Positions 19,609 to 28,600 of a DNA stretch of 36,359 bases are shown in pieces. The stretch is taken from assembly GCA_023140385.1 (NCBI GenBank), contig JAGLLT010000020.1, forward strand, positions 1-36,359, in the 5' to 3' direction. Positions within the stretch are counted from its first letter, which is position 1. Each line of letters starts with the position of its first letter. This DNA comes from Candidatus Omnitrophota bacterium (GTDB lineage Bacteria; Omnitrophota; Gorgyraeia; JAGLLT01). The notes under the pieces were generated by a model. It did not search any database. It was not told the DNA's origin and worked only from the letters and a program-made list of their open reading frames with translations. The position numbers and the translations under genes were made by a program.

Positions 19609-21121
19609 ATTTTACATAACGACGGCCATAGATTACGCGAACGCGTCCCCTCATATGGGCCATGCCTATGAAAAAATATGCGCGGACGCTATAGCCCGCT
19701 GGCACAGGTTCAAGGGGGAAGATGTTTTTTTTCTGACAGGGACAGATGAAAACGCCCAGAAGAACGTCCAGGCGGCCGGGGAGGCCGGGGTAGAAGTTGA
19801 AAAGTTCGTAGACGACAACTCCCGGAAGTTTATTAATCTATGCGGTGCCCTGAATTTATCCCACGATGATTTTATAAGAACAACCGAGAGCCGGCACAAA
19901 GAGGTGTCCCAGGCAATATTCGCGAAACTGTACGAAAAAGGAGATATATATAAAGGCTTTTACGAAGGACATTACTGTGAAGGCTGTGAGGCCTTTATTA
20001 CGGAAAAAGAACTTATTAAGGGTGAGTGCCCGGAGCATAATCTCAAGCCAAAGCTTATAAAGGAGGAGAGCTATTTCTTTAAGCTCGCTAAATATCAGAA
20101 AGACATTTTAAAGCTCCTGGAGGAGGGTTTGGTTGAACCTGAAACGAGAAAGAATGAAATTGTTAACAGAGTTAGAGACGGCTTAAAGGATTTAAGCGTC
20201 AGCAGAAAAAATTTAGATTGGGGCATAGCTGTTCCTTTTGATAGTGATCATAAAATTTATGTTTGGATAGATGCCTTGATAAATTATATTTCCGCCCTGG
20301 GCTGGCCCGACGGCGAGAAGTTCAAGAAGTACTGGCCGACGGACCTTCATCTAATCGGAAAAGGAATTAACTGGTTTCATTCTGTAATCTGGCCGGCTAT
20401 ATTAATGTCAGCCGGCATAGAGCTTCCTAAAAAAATATTTGTCCATGGTTATTTGACCATTGAGGGCCGGAAGATTAGCAAATCTTTAGGTAACGCGGTA
20501 GATCCTACTCCCTTTATTGAGGAATATGGAGTCGACCCTATAAGGTATTTTTTAATGAGAGATGTTTCTTTTGGGCAGGACGGAGATTTCTCCCGGGAGG
20601 CCTTTATACAGAGATACAATGGTGACCTGGCCAATGACCTGGGTAATCTTTTAAACAGGACCCTGACAATGATAGAGAAATATTTTAAAGGCCTTATACC
20701 GCCAGGCGGTGAAGAGTTAGGCGCGGATGAGGATTTATTGAACTTCGCCAGGGGGCTTCACAAAAAACTGGATACCAGTATGGCCGGCCTTGATATCAAC
20801 AGAAGCCTGGAAACAATTTGGGAGCTTATTAATAAGGCCAATAAATACATAGAGGACTCTAAGCCCTGGGAGTTATTTAAAGGTGATAAGCGAAGATTGG
20901 AGGTTGTTATCTACAATCTGGCGGAGGTCCTAAGGCTGGTTTTGTTATCTATCCGCTCTTTTATTCCCAAAACCGCGGAAAATATGCTTAAACAGTTAGA
21001 TCCATCCAGCGCTATAGAACAGGCAGGTTTTGATGATTTGGCCGCCTGGGGCAAGCTTAAAGCCGGGACGAAAATCTCAAAAGGCAGTCCCTTGTTTCCC
21101 AGAATACAAAAGGAACAATGA
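19577..21121 (+). CDS. metG: Methionine--tRNA ligase (short form, no C-terminal tRNA-binding domain)
   Basis: FYITTAIDYAN, HMGH (HIGH), TGTDE, YVWIDAL, KISKSLGN (KMSKS). Confidence 0.97.
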   Translation: MKKESKSRRSKFYITTAIDYANASPHMGHAYEKICADAIARWHRFKGEDVFFLTGTDENAQKNVQAAGEAGVEVEKFVDDNSRKFINLCGALNLSHDDFIRTTESRHKEVSQAIFAKLYEKGDIYKGFYEGHYCEGCEAFITEKELIKGECPEHNLKPKLIKEESYFFKLAKYQKDILKLLEEGLVEPETRKNEIVNRVRDGLKDLSVSRKNLDWGIAVPFDSDHKIYVWIDALINYISALGWPDGEKFKKYWPTDLHLIGKGINWFHSVIWPAILMSAGIELPKKIFVHGYLTIEGRKISKSLGNAVDPTPFIEEYGVDPIRYFLMRDVSFGQDGDFSREAFIQRYNGDLANDLGNLLNRTLTMIEKYFKGLIPPGGEELGADEDLLNFARGLHKKLDTSMAGLDINRSLETIWELINKANKYIEDSKPWELFKGDKRRLEVVIYNLAEVLRLVLLSIRSFIPKTAENMLKQLDPSSAIEQAGFDDLAAWGKLKAGTKISKGSPLFPRIQKEQ

Positions 21122-22194
21122 AGATAAAAAAGTTAACTCGCGGGTTTTTTAGAGAAAACGTTATTTATCTCCTGCTTTTGTTATTTATAAGCCTTTTTTA
21201 TATGGCGTCTGCCTCCCTGAATTTATTGGAAGAAGTAAAACCGGCAATAGAGAGCGGAAGCCTGATTAAGGCTCAGACAGACCTTCCTTCGGAAGAGGGG
21301 CTGCGAAAGCTGTTTGCCGAAGGCAACATTTACGCGATCGGCCTTTACGGAATAGGCACACTGTTGATTTTGGGTTTTCTTGCCGGTATTGGCCTGGATT
21401 TGGTTTTTGTCGTTTTAAAGTTTAAGGGAAAAGAGGTTATTCCCAGAAGTTTTATAATGCCTGAGGCCGGATGGCAGGCAATGGATATTGTCAGAATTAT
21501 CATTTTGTATCTGTTTTTCTCCTGCCTGATAAACTGCGCCTTTGCCGCGAGCAGGTATATTTTTTTTATTGAAAGTTTGATTGTAGCCGTGGGCAAACTC
21601 GATGAACTCAGCCGCCTGGCTCTAAGTCTGAGCGTATCTTATATTTTAATTATTAGCCTGCTTGTTTACTTTATAGTCGTTAAGTACAAGTACAAAATAG
21701 AGGTTCTTGGATTAAGCGTAAAAGGTTTCTTTAAAAATGTTTTTTTAGGAGCGGCCGGATACATAGCCCTCATACCCCTGCTAACTCTATCCGCCTACGT
21801 GTCACTTCTTCTTGCTTCTTTTTTTAATATCGGCCCCGAGGAAAACCCCCTGTTAAACGTTTTTCAAACGGAAGGCAGGCCGGCGCTTGTTGCCTATTTC
21901 GTTATTTGCATATGTTTTTTAGGGCCGGTGGTGGAGGAGATATTTTTTAGAGGCTTCCTCTATAAAGCTCTCAGGAAGAGCTTTGGGGTATTACCGGCGG
22001 TTGCCGTAAGCTCTGTCTTTTTTGCCTGGCTTCATATGACCTTTATCGGCTTTCTGCCAATTATGGTTTTAGGTTTACTGCTTGCCTATTTGTATGAAAA
22101 AAACGGCACCTTAATTCCCAGTATAACAGTTCACATAATTCATAACAGCGCCATCATAATTTTTGTAATGATTTTTAAAGGCTTGGGGTCGTAA
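21118..22194 (+). CDS. CPBP (CAAX/Abi) family intramembrane glutamic endopeptidase
   Basis: PVVEEIFFRG, FAWLH, HIIHN motifs; many TM helices. Confidence 0.92.
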   Translation: MKIKKLTRGFFRENVIYLLLLLFISLFYMASASLNLLEEVKPAIESGSLIKAQTDLPSEEGLRKLFAEGNIYAIGLYGIGTLLILGFLAGIGLDLVFVVLKFKGKEVIPRSFIMPEAGWQAMDIVRIIILYLFFSCLINCAFAASRYIFFIESLIVAVGKLDELSRLALSLSVSYILIISLLVYFIVVKYKYKIEVLGLSVKGFFKNVFLGAAGYIALIPLLTLSAYVSLLLASFFNIGPEENPLLNVFQTEGRPALVAYFVICICFLGPVVEEIFFRGFLYKALRKSFGVLPAVAVSSVFFAWLHMTFIGFLPIMVLGLLLAYLYEKNGTLIPSITVHIIHNSAIIIFVMIFKGLGS

Positions 22195-23112
22195 ATGAGA
22201 TTAAAAGATATCAATGAATTTGATTTAATTAGAAAACTTACGGCAGGAGCAAAAGGGAATAAGGCGCTAATTAAAGGTATTGGAGACGATACAGCCGTTA
22301 TAGCTTATAAAAAAAACAACTATCTTCTTTTCACCACTGATATTATTATAGAAGGTGTTCACTTTGATCTCAAAAAGGCGAAGGCCGGGCAGATAGGGCA
22401 TAAGGCGTTAGCTTCTAATATAAGCGATATAGCCGCGATGGGTGGTTCTCCGGCATACGCGGTGGTATCTCTGGGCCTGCCCGGGAAACTGCGGCTTGAT
22501 TTCGCGAAATCACTTTATAACGGGATAAAAAAGACTGCCAATTGTTTTAGTGTTAAGATTGTCGGCGGTGACGTCTCGGCTTCAGAAAAGTTGATTATTA
22601 ACATTGCCCTTTTAGGATTTGCTAAAAAGAAAAATTTGACATTAAGGAGCGGAGCCAGGGCCGGCGACCGGATATTTGTTACCGGGCGGCTGGGAGGGTC
22701 AGGGAGAAAAAAGCATCTGACTTTTAAGCCGCGTGTTAAAGAAGCCTTGCTTCTGACTTCAGGATATAAAATAAACGCCATGATAGATTTATCCGACGGC
22801 CTGATTAGCGACCTAAGACACATTGTAAATGAAAGCGCGGCGGGTGCCTGCCTATACCGGAAAAAGATTCCTTTATCAAAAGAGGCTTCCGGGGAAGAGT
22901 CTGCCTTATACGAAGGAGAAGACTTTGAACTGCTGTTTACCTTAAATGAAAAGGAAGCAGGAAGGTTAAAAGAGCGCGGGCTAAAAGGTTCAAGGTTAAA
23001 GTTAACCGAGATTGGAAGAGTGACAGAAAAAGATCGGGGACTTACAATAGTTGATGAAGACGGCAAAGAGAAAAAGTTGTCCTTCGGGAAGGGGTTTAGA
23101 CACTTTAAGTGA
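22195..23112 (+). CDS. thiL: Thiamine-monophosphate kinase
   Basis: GIGDDTA, EGVHF, NISDIAAMGG, IDLSDGL, GEDFELLFT. Confidence 0.97.
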   Translation: MRLKDINEFDLIRKLTAGAKGNKALIKGIGDDTAVIAYKKNNYLLFTTDIIIEGVHFDLKKAKAGQIGHKALASNISDIAAMGGSPAYAVVSLGLPGKLRLDFAKSLYNGIKKTANCFSVKIVGGDVSASEKLIINIALLGFAKKKNLTLRSGARAGDRIFVTGRLGGSGRKKHLTFKPRVKEALLLTSGYKINAMIDLSDGLISDLRHIVNESAAGACLYRKKIPLSKEASGEESALYEGEDFELLFTLNEKEAGRLKERGLKGSRLKLTEIGRVTEKDRGLTIVDEDGKEKKLSFGKGFRHFK

Positions 23113-23591
23113 AGAGGGTTATAGCGCGAGGCGAAGAAGAGACGAAGAAGGTTGCCGGGCGCCTGGCAGATTTTTTGCGGCCGGGGGACGTTCTGGCGCT
23201 GGTAGGTGACTTAGGATCAGGCAAGACGACCTTTGTAAAAGGGCTGGCCCGGGGGCTGGGAGTTAAGGGCCGGGTTGTCAGCCCTTCTTATGTTTTATTG
23301 AGAGAGTATAAGGCAAAATCGCCGCTTTATCACTTTGATTTATACAGATTAGGTTATTATGAAGAGGTGGAACTTTTAGGCTATGAAGAGTATTTTTACG
23401 GAAACGGTATAACCTGTATTGAGTGGGCTGATAAGATAGAAAAACTTTTGCCCAAAAGCTATCTGAGGATACAGTTTGAATTTCTGGGAGAAAAAAAGAG
23501 AACTATTAGATTTTTAGCTGTAGGCCCGCCCGCCCGCCGGACAGGCGGACAGGCGGACAGGCATTATCAGGAACTTATTGATAGGATATAA
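23109..23591 (+). CDS. tsaE: tRNA t6A biosynthesis ATPase TsaE
   Basis: GDLGSGKTTF, VVSPSY, YHFDLYRL, IEWA; GTG start. Confidence 0.97.
   Translation: MKRVIARGEEETKKVAGRLADFLRPGDVLALVGDLGSGKTTFVKGLARGLGVKGRVVSPSYVLLREYKAKSPLYHFDLYRLGYYEEVELLGYEEYFYGNGITCIEWADKIEKLLPKSYLRIQFEFLGEKKRTIRFLAVGPPARRTGGQADRHYQELIDRI
23524..23562. repeat. GC-rich REP-like repeat inside tsaE: (GCCC)3GCC + (GGACAGGC)3
   Basis: Read directly from sequence; folds as a G-T wobble hairpin on the minus strand. Confidence 0.8.
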
Positions 23592-23606
23592 AGGGCAGGT
23601 GTTTCT

Positions 23607-24317
23607 ATGAAAATTTTAGCGGTTGATACTTCAACATTATGTTTGTCGCTGGCTGTGGCGGACGAAAATAAAATAGTATGTGAATATAATAAAAGGCTAA
23701 AGAAGCCTGACCACTGCCGCTACCTTATCCCCGGCATAAAAGATATGCTGGAGAAAGAGGGATTAAAGTTAAGGGATATGAATGCTTTTTGCGCGGGGCT
23801 GGGCCCCGGCTCTTTTACAGGCTTGCGTGTGGGGCTGGCCGCCTTAAAAGGATTAAGTATGGTTTTGGGCAAGAGGTTAATCGGTATTTCCAGCCTGGAT
23901 GCCATTGTCCATAATATAAAGCGCAAGGAGAGGCTTGTTGTCTGTATTCAGGATGCCAGAAAGGGAAAGGTTTATAGCTGTCTTTATCATAAGAATGGTT
24001 CATTAGAAAGATTAACGGACTATCTTCTCTTGGAATTTAAAGAGTTGGTGGAACTGGTAAAAAAAGTTAATAAAAAGCGAGGCAAAAAAGTTCTCTTTAC
24101 CGCGAGCGGCGTCGAAATTTTTAAAGATGATATTTTGAAAGTATTTCCTGAAGCAGAATTTAGCGTGAAGAGAAGCTGGTATCCCAGGGCCTCAAATCTG
24201 GTAAAAGAGGCGGCGGTCATTCTAAAGAATAGCAAATGCCCTAAAATATCCGCTGACATTGAACCTCTTTATCTCCACTCTCAGTATGCCAATATAACCA
24301 GGCCGAAAAAATTATGA
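23607..24317 (+). CDS. tsaB: tRNA t6A biosynthesis protein TsaB
   Basis: MKILAVDTST, GPGSFTGLRVG, DARKGKVY, IEPLYL. Confidence 0.97.
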   Translation: MKILAVDTSTLCLSLAVADENKIVCEYNKRLKKPDHCRYLIPGIKDMLEKEGLKLRDMNAFCAGLGPGSFTGLRVGLAALKGLSMVLGKRLIGISSLDAIVHNIKRKERLVVCIQDARKGKVYSCLYHKNGSLERLTDYLLLEFKELVELVKKVNKKRGKKVLFTASGVEIFKDDILKVFPEAEFSVKRSWYPRASNLVKEAAVILKNSKCPKISADIEPLYLHSQYANITRPKKL

Positions 24318-25453
24318 AAACGACAGGTGATACTTATTACCATAGCTCCGCCAGAATAGACTTAGAGGCCCTGGATTATAATCTAAAGCAGATAAAAAAA
24401 ATTGTCTCAAACAAAGTGAAGGTACTGGCTACCGTTAAAGCCAACGCTTACGGCCACGGGATAACCGGCATATCTAAGTTTTTAGAGGATAAGGTAGATT
24501 ACCTCGGGGTGGCCTTTGTGGAAGAGGGGGTTAAGATAAGAAAAGGGGGAGTCAAGACCCCGGTTTTAATTTTAGGCAATACCCTGGCGGCAGGCCTGCC
24601 AGAGGCGGTCGATTTTGATTTAACCGTTACCCTTACCGAAAAGAAAACAGCCTATATTTTGGAAGATTTAGCCGCGAGCAAAGGCAGGAAGGTTAAAGTC
24701 CAGATAAAGATTGATACGGGCATGGGGCGGATTGGTTTTTGGTATAAGGATGCCCTTAAAGATATTATGGAGATTCATGGCCTTAAGCGCCTTGAAATTG
24801 AAGGTATATATACTCATCTTTCAAGCGCCGGGGGAGACGAGGACTTTACAAGGGAACAGCTTAAAAGGTTTAACGGTTTTATTGAGGAGGCGGGCCGAAA
24901 GGGTATAGAAGCTCCCCTTTATCACGCGGCCAACAGTCTGGCCACTCTGCGCTATAAAGAGTCACATTTTAACCTTGTCAGGCCGGGCCTGATTTTATAC
25001 GGGGTATATCCATCTGCTAACTTAGAAGGGGCAATAAAAGTAAGGCCGGTTCTGTCCTTTACGGCCAAGGTAGTTTATGTGAAAGAGGTTGAGGCCGGAC
25101 GTTCCGTCAGTTATGACAGAAGTTACATTGCCGAAAAGAGGATGAAGGTGGCAACCGTGTCAGCCGGTTACGCCGACGGCTACAGCCATCTTTTAACCCA
25201 CAAGGCCAAAATTTTAATAAACGGCCGCTTCGCCCCCGTTATCGGGAAGATATGTATGGATCATATCATGGCGGATGTCAGCCATATCAAAGAAGTCAAA
25301 ATAGGCGATGAGGCAGTCCTAATCGGCCGGGACAATAACAAGGAGATAACAGCCGAAGAATTAGCCCGCATGACAGGAACCATCCCCTACGAAACCCTAT
25401 GCCGGATAGGGGAAAGAGTAAAAAGGATATATCTTAACGGAAAAACTGATTAA
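24314..25453 (+). CDS. alr: Alanine racemase
   Basis: VKANAYGHG (PLP lysine), KIDTGMGRIG, GYADG, GKICMD, TIPYE. Confidence 0.98.
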   Translation: MKTTGDTYYHSSARIDLEALDYNLKQIKKIVSNKVKVLATVKANAYGHGITGISKFLEDKVDYLGVAFVEEGVKIRKGGVKTPVLILGNTLAAGLPEAVDFDLTVTLTEKKTAYILEDLAASKGRKVKVQIKIDTGMGRIGFWYKDALKDIMEIHGLKRLEIEGIYTHLSSAGGDEDFTREQLKRFNGFIEEAGRKGIEAPLYHAANSLATLRYKESHFNLVRPGLILYGVYPSANLEGAIKVRPVLSFTAKVVYVKEVEAGRSVSYDRSYIAEKRMKVATVSAGYADGYSHLLTHKAKILINGRFAPVIGKICMDHIMADVSHIKEVKIGDEAVLIGRDNNKEITAEELARMTGTIPYETLCRIGERVKRIYLNGKTD

Positions 25454-25524
25454 ACTTGACTATTCCCTGTAGCCTGTAAGTCGGGTGATTTATTGCCTTA
25501 ACAAATTCGTTCTTAACTTTGGTC

Positions 25525-25554
25525 TTGACAAAGGGAAGTGTTTCATAGTACAGT
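25525..25554 (+). promoter_or_regulatory. Possible sigma70 promoter for RHS gene
   Basis: TTGACA 25525-30, 18-bp spacer, TACAGT 25549-54; SD AAGGAG before ATG 25644. Confidence 0.4.
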
Positions 25555-25643
25555 AATTTATGTAGGTGTAAAGTTGTCTTTATTAACCTACCCCGCCGCC
25601 ATAAGTTGACAAAAAGAGCGCCATTATAAAAAAGGAGTTACCG

Positions 25644-28600
25644 ATGAAACAAGCCCTTTTGTTTATAAGCCGCCGACTATCCAAACCTCTTTTTATACTA
25701 ACTCTTCTGCTATTTTTTCTCTCATCCCATAGCTTGCCGGCTATAGCCGACGGCTCTATTTCAGGCAAAGTTACTATCCAGAACAGAACCGACCACTCCG
25801 CCCCTATCACCTTTAAGCTAAAAATTCCCGGGCAGACCGCACCCATTCAAGCCTCTGAGGCAACTACCGCCTCTGACGGCAGCTACCAGCTAAATAATAT
25901 CCCTGCCGGTATCTATAACCTCTCCGCCAAGGCTTTAAACTCCTTAAGTCAAAACTATGTGTTGATAGAAGTAACCGAGGGACAAAATACCTCCAATATA
26001 GACTTCTCACTCCTCGGAGGAGACGCCAACAATGATAACTCTGTTGCCTTAAGTGATAGATTTATCCTAAGGAAGGCCTGGAATACTAACATAGGGGACG
26101 TCAATTGGGATGAAAGAGCTGATTTTAATGGTGACAACTCAATTGGCCTAAGTGATAAATTTATCTTAAGCGCCAATTGGTATAAAAACGGCTCTGAGCC
26201 CCAGATATCCATTGATTTACCGGAGGATAACAGCATAAGCGCCGTTTCTCCTATTTCCGTTTCAGGTACTACAGATAACGATGTCTCTACAGTTACAGTT
26301 AACGGCCTCAGCGCTACCATAGACAGCGGTACTTTTTATGCCGACAACGTACCTTTATCATCAGGCTTAAATGTTATTTCAGCTATAGCTGTTAATGCTA
26401 TGGGTAATAAAAACGCGGATCTGATTAGGCTTAGCTATGATCCCAACTTCACTCCTACAGAAGTATTTGAAGACTTTGACGGAAATAATCCGAGAGTAGA
26501 CTACTGGTGGAATGGATATGACGGAGAGAATGTATATACACGCTCGTTAGACCATACCCTATTTCGCGGCGGTTCTACCTCTATGAAGGTAGAATACAAC
26601 AAGTCAGGCTATCCCTTATCTCTTTTTGCTGTTCAGCTTAAGTGCAATGGAATAGATAATGACTTTAGTAAGTATGATAAGCTTTCATTCTGGGTTTATA
26701 CCGATAACCCTCAACTTACAATAAGAGTGAAGTTTGAAGATGGCGACGGCCATAGCTGGGAAGGAGACTGTTCCTCAAGCGTCCAAGGGGAATGGCAGAG
26801 GTTTGTTTATGATTTCAGCGGCGCCCATGGATATATGGATTTATCCAATATTTCATGGAACCTTCTTTTCTTCGCCGACCCGGGCCAGGCTAATACTCAG
26901 GGCATATTTTACATGGATGATATAGCCCTTCACTCATCAAAACCGTACTTCCATCCGCCTCTTACTACACCCACACTAAGCGGCCCTACAGAGCCGGTTT
27001 ACGGTGAATATCAGCTTAACTGGACAGATATACCGGGAGCGGGAATCTATGAACTCCAGGAAATTAAAAGTCATGACTTTAGCAGCACATATGTCTACTG
27101 GACAAACGATACCTATAGAAACTTTAATAATCGCGTAATTCCAACTGCCTATTATTACAGACTCAGGGCCTGGTCAAATGTTCCTGAAGAAGGCGGAACC
27201 TCGAGCGGCTGGAGCAATATTATTTCTCTAAAGATAATAGACGGCCCGCCTATAATAAGCGAGGTTTACTCTCTCTACCCTATAGAATCTCATGGAACCT
27301 ATGTCCATAGTGTCGGCGACTATGTCAAGATATGCTTAAAAGAAAAATACAACGCTCCCGATATAACCTCAGGCACATTCAGGATTATATCAGCTTCTCA
27401 ATCTTATGATTCAGGATTAGTTGAAGCCACTAAATCTGAAGACGGGTTATATTATTTCTATCACTGGGATACCAACGGCCTAAACCCGGCCGACGACTAC
27501 ATAGTAGCCGCCATCTTAACTGATGCCATAGGCCAGACAGATACAGACGGCTCAGATGAAGACCCTGATTTAACCATCTCTCTAATCCTCGCGGCGCCTT
27601 CGCGTTACGGCGTTAACTTGGAGGCAGACTTCTCCATTTCTTCCATAGGCATACCTCTGAAGTTTGAAAGGTTCTATCACAGCGATATGCTCTACGACGG
27701 CCCCATGGGAGACAGATGGACTCATAGTTATAATATGCAGGTTGAAGAACAGGAAGACGGCAATGTTGCCTTATTGTGGAAGATAGAGGATTATTGGAAC
27801 TTTTTCATCAAAAACCCCGACGGAACATATAAAAGTCCCCTGGGCGGCCAGATGGAGTTAATCAAGAACCCCGATAGCACCTTTACCTTAAAAAGAAATA
27901 ACATTAACTACAACTTTAACCCGGATAACAAGCTTGCCAACATAGAAGACCTGAATGGCAATCAGGTTACCCTCACTTATTTTGAAGGACTACTTTATAC
28001 CATTACCGATACCTCAGGCAGGCAGATTACCTTTGGCTATTATACCGGCTATACCAACCCCAAGATTAAATCTATCACCGACTTTGCCGGAAGAACCTTT
28101 AATTATGAGTATGACTCATCCGGTAATCTTGTAAAATATATCAATCCCGCTGGCTATGAGACTACTTATAACTATGACGGCCACAACCTAACTATTATCA
28201 CCAACCCGAGAGGTTATCATACTTATTTTAGCTACATTGATGATAAACTATATTCTAAATCCAATGATGATGGCATAAACCATACTACCTATACTTTTCT
28301 CACCGAACCAAATAGAACAATAATTACCAACGCCAGGGGTTACGAAACTACTTATATAATGGAAGATACGACTCACTCCTCCACAGTCGATGCCTTAGGC
28401 AACATTACCACTACTATTAGTAGTGATCAGGGCTATCCTCTTTCTGTTACTGATGCTAATGAGAACACCTGGTTCTATGCCTGGGATGAAAATGGCAATC
28501 GTACAACAGTAACATGTCCTTATGAAAATACCACCACTTATGTTTACAATCAACTAAACCTTATTGCCTCAAGAACTGATGCTAAAGGGAATGCTACAAG

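Noticed and set aside
227..24908. Numerous short antisense or alternate-frame ORFs (e.g. 227-775, 2250-2639, 17026-17409, 22515-23066)
   Set aside because: They overlap well-conserved housekeeping genes and have no recognisable motifs; shadow ORFs.
25454..25643. Riboswitch, terminator or att site between alr and the RHS gene; second TTGACA at 25606
   Set aside because: No recognisable RNA motif, hairpin-U tract or repeated att; the second TTGACA is only 13 bp from TATAAA.
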